Shown one piece after another: positions 38,138-46,973 of a DNA stretch of 51,774 bases. Position 1 is the stretch's first letter, and each line of letters starts with the position of its first letter. Origin of the DNA: Clostridium sp. CAG:288 (GTDB taxonomy: Bacteria; Bacillota_I; Bacilli_A; RFN20; CAG-288); assembly GCA_000437395.1 (NCBI GenBank), contig FR898170.1, positions 1 to 51,774 of the forward strand, read 5' to 3'. The notes beneath the pieces were generated by a model that was given only the letters and a program-made list of their open reading frames with translations, made no database searches and was not told the DNA's origin. The translations under genes were made by a program, and so were the position numbers.

Positions 38138-38944
38138 TTAAAAAAAAGGATTAATCATTACAATGCTTCTTTTCGAATTCAAAACGAATATATTGTAATT
38201 TTCGTACATTACGATGCAATTGGCAAAATGTTCAACATATTGACTTTGATTTTCTTTAAATATTTTATGGTACAAATATGAATATTTAGATAGATCTAGA
38301 CCATTTGTAATCATATGAAATCCTTCATATTCGCTACACATTCCACAATCAGATAAAATAAATTCTTTATTATCTGGAGTATCCCAAAATGCGATATATG
38401 ATTTTAAAAAAGGTAACGCCCAAGCAATCATTTCTTTTGTAGCTAAAGGATTATTAGCCATTTCTGAAATATTTGTAGCTTGAGCAAAAACTGTTAATGC
38501 ACGATGAAATAATTCTTTATTATTAAGATTTAATGAATCTGATGAAGGTAGATTTTTATAATCATCATAAAAATTAATGTATTTTTCGGAACGTTTTTTG
38601 AAACTTGTTTTTAGTAGTTTAGAAAAACAATCTTCATCTAAAGTCCTTATGCTGCAAATAAGCATATATCTTTTAAGCAATTCTATTTCCACTCTAGATA
38701 ATTCTATTGTATCTTTTTCTAATATTTTTTGGTCAAGTAAATTAGAAATTCTACTTTCAATATTAAAATTCATTAATTTTTCAATTTCTTTAGTATAAAT
38801 ATCATTTTTATAGAAAACGTTTTTGGATTTTTTGTTCGCTGCTATTTGCTCTTTTTCGATATCAAAAATATTTATAGGGTTAGAAAACCTTTTTATAATT
38901 AGTTGAGAAACATAATGATTTTTCATTTGCAATCCTCCTGCCAT
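38138..38944 (-). CDS. DUF4238-like protein
   Basis: 268 aa; N-terminal KNHYVSQLIIKRFSNP resembles the HY.PQ.YL+.F start of DUF4238, a family common in defense islands. Confidence 0.4.
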   Translation of the reverse strand: MAGGLQMKNHYVSQLIIKRFSNPINIFDIEKEQIAANKKSKNVFYKNDIYTKEIEKLMNFNIESRISNLLDQKILEKDTIELSRVEIELLKRYMLICSIRTLDEDCFSKLLKTSFKKRSEKYINFYDDYKNLPSSDSLNLNNKELFHRALTVFAQATNISEMANNPLATKEMIAWALPFLKSYIAFWDTPDNKEFILSDCGMCSEYEGFHMITNGLDLSKYSYLYHKIFKENQSQYVEHFANCIVMYENYNIFVLNSKRSIVMINPFF

Positions 38945-39104
38945 GTTTATTAAACAAAATTAATTTATATAATTTATTATGAATTAATTCAAATATATTT
39001 TCAATATCTATCAATTAATAATTATTAGCTTCCTATTCGATTAAGATCTTATTTGAGTAACTTTTACTATAAAATATTAGAACTATAAATTTATATTCAA
39101 ATAA

Positions 39105-39136
39105 AAAAGGAAGACCTTTTAGTCTTCCCTTTTTTG
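39105..39136. terminator. bidirectional rho-independent terminator
   Basis: aaaaaaggaagac-ctttta-gtcttcccttttttg; stem ggaagac/gtcttcc flanked by A-run and T-run. Confidence 0.6.
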
Positions 39137-39277
39137 TGCAAGCCCGCTTGCCTCGCTTACTATAATAAAAATTATAATAATCTAATACACCCGATCTCTC
39201 GGTGCACTACCTTTATGGTCAAAATTATAGCATTTATTTTTAATATATCAAGTTTATTAAAATTATAAATGAAATGC

Positions 39278-39352
39278 AAATAAATTAAAATTTGTTAAAA
39301 AAGTGAGCAAAACTAGTGAGAATTTTACGGTTATATATAGTAAAGGGGAAAA
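39278..39352 (+). repeat. dispersed intergenic repeat, copy 4 (divergent, 5'-truncated); abuts stop codon of gene 39353..39835
   Basis: aaataaattaaaatttgttaaaaaagtgagcaaaactagtgagaattttacggttatatatagtaaaggggaaaatt. Confidence 0.7.
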
Positions 39353-39835
39353 TTACTCAAAAGCCATATCTCCATTTTTTAAATATTCATAATAATCGTC
39401 TTCATCATAGTTGATTATTTCATATTTTTCGTTTTCTAATCTTTTTATTAACTTTTCAAATTCAGCTTTTTTCATCCAATATAGATTTCCATCATTGTAT
39501 TTTCTACTATAATAATCTTCTTTGATAATCATATATTGTTTTTTACTATCGTTGACTAAAACAATGAATTTGGAATAAAGATATACATCTCTTACCATAA
39601 AGTAATAAGCTTTAAATTCTTTTCTTTGTTGCCACAACTCATCACAGAATTTAAATCCTTTAATATAGTTTTCGATTGGAGTATTATCTTCATTATTAAG
39701 ATAATATTCTTCTTTAAAAAAAGACATACCATCTAAGTAATCTGAGATAATAAAAGTTATTAGTTCTTCAACTAGATTCAAGCTACTTTTTTGTTTTTGA
39801 TGAGAATCCACCATTAAGTATCCAACCATAAACAC
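39353..39835 (-). CDS. hypothetical protein (possibly the C-terminal part of a disrupted longer gene)
   Basis: 160 aa; upstream 200 nt contains a short in-frame ORF (ATG at 40039, RBS ggagg) ending at TAG 39938 and an overlapping open frame, suggesting frameshift/nonsense disruption. Confidence 0.4.
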   Translation of the reverse strand: MFMVGYLMVDSHQKQKSSLNLVEELITFIISDYLDGMSFFKEEYYLNNEDNTPIENYIKGFKFCDELWQQRKEFKAYYFMVRDVYLYSKFIVLVNDSKKQYMIIKEDYYSRKYNDGNLYWMKKAEFEKLIKRLENEKYEIINYDEDDYYEYLKNGDMAFE

Positions 39836-40255
39836 AAAACCAATGTGCTAAAGTTTGATCATCCCATTCTTTATTAATATATTTATTAAAAGCTTTAACA
39901 ATAGAATCATAACTATAGTATTTAATGAATGGATCTTCTAAATCGTATTTACTTTTCTTCGATTAGCTGGATTAAAATTAAAATCTTCCTTTTCACATGT
40001 TAAATTACAAATGCTTTCAAATAATTTCTTATTAAACATATTTTATACCTCCTTGACACTAATTTTTAACGACAACACTATTTTATAATAAACTGAGTGT
40101 ATTAAGGAATAATAAAATAAGTTTTGTTTTCAATGATAATGATATTTAGTCGATAATTACCTACATTTTCAGCCGATAAAAACTACATAATTTACTGATA
40201 ATTACACTAAGCTTTTATTTTAATTATTCGTCTAAGTTCAAGAAAATCAGCATAG

Positions 40256-41923
40256 TTATTTTAAAGTTCTAATTAGCAAATCTCCTAAAATTGAAAGAGA
40301 AAAATAAAATAAAATTATCACATCATTGTAATTTGTTTTTTCATACTTATCATTTCTATTATGCATTTGAATATTTCTAATATTTTTTCCTGGCTTTTTT
40401 TCTTTTGGAATACTTGGATTTAATTCGTAAGATAAATAATACTCTAAATAATAGCGTAATCCCTTTGAAATGTCTTTTAATTCATGATTTGAATCTAGAA
40501 TTTGAGCTAAAGTAATTAAATCTGAATCAATAAATAGAGAGTTTCCGACTTCTTTTATTAAAACATTTCTTAAAATTTTTTCAATCAATCCGCAAAGAAT
40601 GAGACAGCTTCCATTTTCTAAAGCCTTTATTAAAGGCGTATCACTACTGTGATTTTTATATATCGATAATATATTATTTATTATTTCATAAATTCCTAAA
40701 TATTCAGAAACAATTTTAACATCATTATTAAAATAATTTTGTTCTACTGCATTACTTATATTTACCAAATAAAGAGAAAAATCCAATGCTAATTTTTTAT
40801 CACTTAAAATATAGTTCAAAATATGACAATATACATCTAGAAATAAAAACATATTATTTTGTTTAAAATACGGATATTTCTCACTTCTTGGATTGTCATA
40901 TTCTTCAACAATTTCAGAAAAAATACTTTTCTGCTCTACATCAAAAATACTATCACAATTATTTACAAAAGTGTTATTTTTCAAACTATGAGTAATTTTT
41001 AAAAATTTAATTGAATCTGTTTCTTTTTCTAAACTATTTATAAAAGGCTGCAATGATATTGGCCCATATTCAATATGCTCACTATGTTTACGAAGATATT
41101 CATTTAAAGCGGTATCTATTTTATTCTTGTATGAAATGAAATCATTATAACATGGCAATTTAAAAATTCTTGCTAATTTTAAATACTTGTTTAATAAAGT
41201 AGCTGACTGAATTAGTATTTCTTTGTCGCTATCAATTTTTCTTTGTTTAATTGCATTTAGTGCTCTATTACAAATAAAAGAAGCTTTTTCTCTTAAAAAC
41301 TCTTTATGATAATTTCCGTTTGTTTTACATAAAAAACTTAAATATATTTGGTCATCAAACGTTTTAGATGATTCCAAGCCATTAAATAATGATTTAAAAT
41401 TTTCTTCTTTTTCAGCCTTTGAATAATAGTTTTTGCATATTTCAAAATTTGAAATCAAAGTTGTAGGTATATTTTTTTCTAAAAATAAAAACACATTTTC
41501 GTTAATTGTCTTAGAAAATTTATTATAAATTAAATCCAATATAATATTTTGAATTCTATAAAATCTAACTTCAGTATGATTATCTTTATTAAAAATATTA
41601 CCATAATTATTATTGATGTAAGAAATAAATGATTTATTATTGAGGATTATATTTTCGAAAATTTTAATAATTTTATTTTTTATTTCAGTTGAAATGTTAA
41701 ATTTGTTGATATCTTTAATAAATCTTTTTACTGATTGTATCCATATATATTGATAAAATGAATAAAAATCATTAACTTCACAGTCCAATGAAGTTATATT
41801 TTCCTCTAATGAATCTAAATTTGCTATTATGTTATTAATAAATGTACTAGCAGTAAAGTCATTACTACTAAAATAATTAATCTCAGGTAAAATATCTTTA
41901 TGGTTTTTGATATAACATGACAT
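40256..41923 (-). CDS. hypothetical protein with C-terminal Rx4H (HEPN-like) motif
   Basis: 555 aa, Asn/Lys/Ile-rich; C-terminal GKNIRNIQMHNRND contains R-x4-H as in HEPN nucleases; otherwise unrecognised. Confidence 0.45.
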   Translation of the reverse strand: MSCYIKNHKDILPEINYFSSNDFTASTFINNIIANLDSLEENITSLDCEVNDFYSFYQYIWIQSVKRFIKDINKFNISTEIKNKIIKIFENIILNNKSFISYINNNYGNIFNKDNHTEVRFYRIQNIILDLIYNKFSKTINENVFLFLEKNIPTTLISNFEICKNYYSKAEKEENFKSLFNGLESSKTFDDQIYLSFLCKTNGNYHKEFLREKASFICNRALNAIKQRKIDSDKEILIQSATLLNKYLKLARIFKLPCYNDFISYKNKIDTALNEYLRKHSEHIEYGPISLQPFINSLEKETDSIKFLKITHSLKNNTFVNNCDSIFDVEQKSIFSEIVEEYDNPRSEKYPYFKQNNMFLFLDVYCHILNYILSDKKLALDFSLYLVNISNAVEQNYFNNDVKIVSEYLGIYEIINNILSIYKNHSSDTPLIKALENGSCLILCGLIEKILRNVLIKEVGNSLFIDSDLITLAQILDSNHELKDISKGLRYYLEYYLSYELNPSIPKEKKPGKNIRNIQMHNRNDKYEKTNYNDVIILFYFSLSILGDLLIRTLK

Positions 41924-42615
41924 TTATAATATTCCTCCGATGTAATAGATATATTTCTATTAGTTCGTACCAATATTAGCATTTTTTCTACTAAAGATTT
42001 TAATTCATGCAATTATTTTATAAGTGCTAGCATCATAAATCTTTGTACTATCAAGTGTTTCATTTAAACATTCTCATAATATTACCCCATACATTGATAA
42101 TATTCTATGTTTGACTAAAGAAATGAGTTATCTATAGTATCAGAACTATAGAACCAATTATTCTAATTCCGTAACCTAATATATAATTTCTTCAACCTAT
42201 GAGACTATGTTCAACTTGATTTCATTAATAATTAGAAAGAATCTACGAAGTACATGCATTTACTTATGTATATTTTACCATATAATGATAAAAAGGCCAT
42301 AATGTTAACTTAAATGATACTTTTATAATAACTTATTTGTTAGAATGAACATTCATTAATATATAAAAAAGTTTAAAATGTTCATCATAAGTAAAAGAAG
42401 CAAAAAAATGTATTAGAGTTTGTTATTTCGACCTTACGGTAGAAATTGAATTATCATAAAAGTGCAAAACATTATGTTACATCAAAAAAGCCCAGCACTT
42501 TCATACTGGACTAATAAAATTCTACACTGGCAAAGAAGAGTCATTTTGATACAAAGTGAATACCCCCTATGTTTTCGATAAAAAGTAATTTGTCTCATCA
42601 TTTAATACTTTTAAA

Positions 42616-43221
42616 TTAAAGTTTTTTTATATCACCAAAATTATTAATAGACATTGTTTGGTCATCAGAAGTTGAAAACTGATGTTGTGCTAAAATTTGT
42701 GAAACAGGAAGATATTTCTTTAATGAATAATCTTCCATATAATTAAGAACATCTGTCAAAGTATTCAAATTTACATTTAGCGGACCTTTATCATATGAGT
42801 AACGCCAATCAATAAAATAATTTTTAATTCCAGCCAAAAAATCTCTTAATGTTTTATTTGAATATTTATATTTTGATTTGCTATATAAATTTTCAAGATC
42901 TGTTGTATATGTTGAATTTAATCTATTTAATTCATCGTACAAATCATCAAGACTATGTCCCTTCATGTGTTCTCCTAATAATGTCGAATTGTTGAATGAA
43001 TTAATTACTAATAAAAACTTTAAATATAACTCTAATGAAAAACATCCATTAGTTCCGAGGACTGACATACCATAACCATCTTGAGCCCAACTCTCGCATC
43101 CCTCTTTGCTTATCATTGAATTGTATATAATAAAAAATGAGTTTCTAAATCCTTGCGCACATGCTTGAAGTCTAATTATTTTTTCGTTTGTGACAGTTAT
43201 ATATACTGTTGTTCTTGCCAT
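42616..43221 (-). CDS. hypothetical protein
   Basis: 201 aa; no recognised motif. Confidence 0.45.
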   Translation of the reverse strand: MARTTVYITVTNEKIIRLQACAQGFRNSFFIIYNSMISKEGCESWAQDGYGMSVLGTNGCFSLELYLKFLLVINSFNNSTLLGEHMKGHSLDDLYDELNRLNSTYTTDLENLYSKSKYKYSNKTLRDFLAGIKNYFIDWRYSYDKGPLNVNLNTLTDVLNYMEDYSLKKYLPVSQILAQHQFSTSDDQTMSINNFGDIKKL

Positions 43222-43286
43222 ATACTTTATCCCCTTATAATTTTTTAATAATTTTATATTTTTGATTCTAATCTTTTAATTACTTT

Positions 43287-43712
43287 TTACGTTAATAATA
43301 CAAAAAATAAATATCCATTAGTTTTTTCTTTTGAAGGTATCTCATCTTTTAATGATAATTCAATTTCACCAGCAGTTAATTCTTCAAAAAATATCGAATC
43401 TTTTTCGACAAGTTTAAAATTAAAAGCATTTCTTAGTTTATCAAAATATGAAAATAATTCACTGTCGTTCAGACCTCTATAGAATAGACTAATAGACAAT
43501 GAGTTGTATTTTGCGTAGCTTAATATCGAAATTTGTAGGTCTTCACAATAGCAACTCGTAAAATTTGATAAAAGTTGTTCATCTGAATATACTTTATTTT
43601 CCAACATATTAATAATACTTCTAATTTCATATTTATTAATAAAAGATGACTGATTCCAACAAATTATCATATCCATGCTCATTTTTTGAAAACTTTTTCT
43701 GAACATCAACAT
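43287..43712 (-). CDS. hypothetical protein (upstream overlapping frame suggests possible disruption)
   Basis: 141 aa; an alternative frame just upstream (43713-43800) encodes MTKKKLIENGYKDELNYVLINSNFYNVDVQKK... running into this ORF. Confidence 0.35.
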   Translation of the reverse strand: MLMFRKSFQKMSMDMIICWNQSSFINKYEIRSIINMLENKVYSDEQLLSNFTSCYCEDLQISILSYAKYNSLSISLFYRGLNDSELFSYFDKLRNAFNFKLVEKDSIFFEELTAGEIELSLKDEIPSKEKTNGYLFFVLLT

Positions 43713-44054
43713 TATAAAAATTGCTATTTATTAAAACATAATTTAGTTCATCTTTATATCCATTTTCAATAAGTTTCTTTTTTGTCATTGAAATCCAAAA
43801 TTAGTTGTTATCAATCGCTATAACAAAATGGCCTTCTTTTAAAAGTACCAGGGTGGATTCTACCCGTTCCACAACCAACTTATATAATTCTAGATTCCTT
43901 CTTAATGTTTTTAGCAAAACGAGCATAAACACCTACTTTTGTAAAAAAATTGGCATCTTTATCCCATCCCTTTGCATAATATTGATGATTCATATATCTA
44001 CCTCCAACATATTTATCACTATAATTAATATTTCAAAATTACTTAATGTTTATT

Positions 44055-44678
44055 TCAGTTTAAAGATTGTTCTATAACTATTATCTTTTTAGATTTACCA
44101 CCAAACATTTTAATTACAATTTGTTCAGATATAGCTTTATTCAATTTATTTATATCGTTATATTCTATTCCAAAATATTTAACTAATTCTTCTACAGTTT
44201 TTCCTTTATATAGTTTTGTAATTTTATGTAACTTTTTGTCAAATTCTGTAAAACTATCTATCTTATCAGGCAAAATTTCTAGTTTTTTCTCAAAATGATT
44301 TTGAACAATAGATGTTACAACTGACCTCTTTAATCTAAATCTTGGTGAGTTGGGCCACTTAGGTGCCGTATCAACATACATCAGTTTATCTCTAAGTTCA
44401 GATGAGATTCTAGAATATTGAGATTCAGGATTTTTATAGTTCTTCTGAATTTCTTTTATAAAATCTCTAACAATTTCCCAGTCAGACTGTAACCTATTTG
44501 TATCTTCATCATTAAATTCATGTAGTTCATAACTTTTTAGATAAAACTTTGCATAATCTTTAGCATCAACTGTTATGTATGTTAGATGCATACAAGTACC
44601 CATGCACTTATTGAGTAAAGAAATAATCTCATCATATGTGAAGAGATGGTCATTAGGCAATCCATATTTATTTTCCAT
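44055..44678 (-). CDS. hypothetical protein
   Basis: 207 aa; no recognised motif. Confidence 0.45.
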   Translation of the reverse strand: MENKYGLPNDHLFTYDEIISLLNKCMGTCMHLTYITVDAKDYAKFYLKSYELHEFNDEDTNRLQSDWEIVRDFIKEIQKNYKNPESQYSRISSELRDKLMYVDTAPKWPNSPRFRLKRSVVTSIVQNHFEKKLEILPDKIDSFTEFDKKLHKITKLYKGKTVEELVKYFGIEYNDINKLNKAISEQIVIKMFGGKSKKIIVIEQSLN

Positions 44679-44732
44679 AATGTCGTCTACTTTTCATTAT
44701 CGATGATTTTTTCAATTTCAACACCAAGAGTT

Positions 44733-45143
44733 TCAATAATTCCACAAACTTACATTTTCATAAACATTGTCATCAATACAATTAATGTTTCCTATACTAC
44801 TTTTTGCATATCTTCCAGCTCTTCCGGAAACATTAAGAATATCTATTTCTGATAACTTATTTGTCGTTGGTCCGTTGTTTAAACTTGTAAAAATTAAATT
44901 ACTAGCATTTGTGTTTACCCCCTCGGTAAATGCAGTAGTAACAATTAGAGTTTTTAGTTCGTCTTTATTGTAAAGGTTAACTATTTCTTTCTTTATATAT
45001 CTAGGTAAAGGAGCAACGTAAATTCCAATTCCTTTTTTAAGGAAGTTATTATTTTCCACAATTTTCTTTTTTAACAAAGCAATGCTTACAATGATAATTA
45101 CAAAAATCAGTAAAATGTAGATTAATACAAGAATACATTTCAA
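44733..45143 (-). pseudogene. SF2 helicase C-terminal fragment (motifs V-VI) fused to a hydrophobic N-terminus; probable gene remnant
   Basis: 136 aa; LIVTTAFTEGVN (motif V-like) and ILNVSGRAGRYAKSSIG (motif VI Q..GRaGR); no motifs I-IV present. Confidence 0.4.
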
Positions 45144-45198
45144 TCACCTCAGGCATCATTATATATTTTTATAAATATAAATATCGGGCCTTTAAGCG

Positions 45199-45235
45199 AA
45201 AATAAAAACATCAGCTAAATTAATAACTGATGTTT
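45199..45235 (-). terminator. rho-independent terminator (minus strand)
   Basis: stem aacatcag/ctgatgtt (45207-45214 / 45228-45235) with T-run on minus strand. Confidence 0.5.
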
Positions 45236-45246
45236 CAATCACTCTA

Positions 45247-45447
45247 GTTAGTTAGAGTACTATGTAAAATTTGTAAATTTAGGAAATTATCAGCTTTTGG
45301 TATATATCCTGAACGCCATTTGTAGATTGTTTTTTCATTAACATCTAGTATAATTGCCATTTCATAATAAGAATACTTAGCTACCAAATCTCCTAATAAT
45401 TGAATTACAATTTTACGTGTTTATTCCTTTGATATTAAATCAAACAT
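45247..45447 (-). pseudogene. small transposase/resolvase-like HTH gene interrupted by in-frame TAA after codon 8
   Basis: hand translation: MFDLISKE*TRKIVIQLLGDLVAKYSYYEMAIILDVNEKTIYKWRSGYIPKADNFLNLQ...; aggagg RBS upstream of ATG at 45447; HTH ..EMAIILDVNEKTIYKWRSG typical of IS/recombinase N-terminal domains. Confidence 0.3.
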
Positions 45448-45527
45448 TGTAACAACCTCCTCTGGTCAAACCAGAACGGTCAACAATCAGAAAATTGTTA
45501 CAAAATTATTATATCACTTTTTATGCG

Positions 45528-46193
45528 TTATTGAAACCTTATTCCAAAATGTTTTAATGTATCAACTACTGCTTCATTTAATAATTGATAAGATTTCTTT
45601 TTATTTGGTTCAACATCATCTTTATGATCATGTCGTTTCTTTTTATATACTTTACGAAGATAATCCCACATTTCAGGGCCTTCAATTAAATTTAATCTTT
45701 CATGATAATTTTTCATATCTTTTCTTATAGCCCATTCATAATCTTCATTATTCGCGTTATTAGTGTTTTTTTTATTATAAAGAATATAAAAATTGTCATC
45801 GTCATCATAAGTTGTGATAATGATATCAAATCCATATCCTTTATTATTGTTTTTTGTAGTCAATGCTTGCGTACTATCTTCACAAAAACTAAATCCTTTT
45901 GGTTTGAATTTATCAAATGCGTTTCTAAATATATCTTTAAATTTTTTACAATCTTTATTCCAATTATAATTACTAGGTATCGATTGCATTACAATTTGAA
46001 AATCTAAATCAAAATAATCTTCATTACATTTTCTAATAACCATGTTTCTACTTTCGCTACCTATAGGAGAATATGAGAATGTAATTTTATAATTCTTTTT
46101 TATATATTTTTGAACACTGCCGATCCAGTTATTAAATGTTTCTCTGGGACCAATTAATTCCTTTTTATTTACGTAATCACACACAAATATCAA
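45528..46193 (-). CDS. pol-beta-superfamily nucleotidyltransferase-like protein (MNT/SMODS-like)
   Basis: 221 aa; IGSESRNMVIRKCNEDYFDLDFQIV fits hG[GS]-x9-13-Dh[DE]h; downstream acidic IIITTYDDDDNFY as third catalytic-Asp region; overlaps upstream Abi_2-like gene by 4 nt. Confidence 0.4.
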   Translation of the reverse strand: MIFVCDYVNKKELIGPRETFNNWIGSVQKYIKKNYKITFSYSPIGSESRNMVIRKCNEDYFDLDFQIVMQSIPSNYNWNKDCKKFKDIFRNAFDKFKPKGFSFCEDSTQALTTKNNNKGYGFDIIITTYDDDDNFYILYNKKNTNNANNEDYEWAIRKDMKNYHERLNLIEGPEMWDYLRKVYKKKRHDHKDDVEPNKKKSYQLLNEAVVDTLKHFGIRFQ

Positions 46194-46894
46194 TCCTCCT
46201 TATATAATAAGAACTTATAATAAGCACTAGCTATATTATCTTTCGTCTTTTTGTTTAGCACTTTAAGATTATTTAGACATCCATCTTTATAATCAGTTGG
46301 TAACATATCAACTAATGCATCTATTCCCTTTAATGTTTCTTCCACTGTTGATTCAAAATTAAAATCAAATAATAGTGGCGAATGATGCATAACTCTATTT
46401 CTTAAAGTTATGATTGTGTCTAACTTATCGGTATCATAATTATGAGAATCATATTCTTTAACAAATGACACCAAATCACCAAAATTTAAAGCAAACATCT
46501 TGTAAAAATTAGTTATTTCATCAACAGGATTATTCTTTATTACACATTTAGGTAATCCCTTAAAATAATGATATTCAGTTTTCTTTAATTCAACATCTGG
46601 ATCAAAATCAAATCTTAATAAAATATCATTTCTAATATATTCTTCTAACGTTCCTAAATATTTGAATAATACATCTTTTATTGCTTTATCAAGGATAATA
46701 AATGAATTGACATCGCTAAACTTAACATTAGAATCAACCTCATTCAAAGTTTCAAAAATAATTCTATATTGTTGAACACCTCGAATTTTAGAGTACTTTT
46801 CAAATGTTCGTTTATTATCATTATTAAGTTTTTCAATAAACTCCTTAAATTCCATATTATTCCTCCAATGTATCAAGTTGCACTCAAATGACAA
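46190..46894 (-). CDS. Abi_2 (AbiD/AbiF)-like HEPN-family protein
   Basis: 234 aa; ITLRNRVMHHSPLLFD matches the RN..AHH (R-x4-H) signature of Abi_2/HEPN abortive-infection proteins. Confidence 0.45.
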   Translation of the reverse strand: MSFECNLIHWRNNMEFKEFIEKLNNDNKRTFEKYSKIRGVQQYRIIFETLNEVDSNVKFSDVNSFIILDKAIKDVLFKYLGTLEEYIRNDILLRFDFDPDVELKKTEYHYFKGLPKCVIKNNPVDEITNFYKMFALNFGDLVSFVKEYDSHNYDTDKLDTIITLRNRVMHHSPLLFDFNFESTVEETLKGIDALVDMLPTDYKDGCLNNLKVLNKKTKDNIASAYYKFLLYKED

Positions 46895-46973
46895 CTTTTA
46901 GCAAGTTTCCGTAAGCTATTGCATTATTCATCCATTTTAAGGCAACAATAACTTCAGTTATTAACACTTCTTA

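Noticed and set aside
34045-39352. CRISPR array formed by the four dispersed repeats
   Set aside because: Repeats are 75-95 nt (far longer than CRISPR repeats), irregularly spaced (0.2-3 kb), and the intervening DNA encodes full genes; no cas genes.
36931-40090. Shared ttaacgacaa + tattataaaata-like motifs at ~36931 and ~40050 as a common promoter
   Set aside because: Element order differs between the two sites and spacing does not fit -35/-10 geometry; likely chance similarity in AT-rich DNA.
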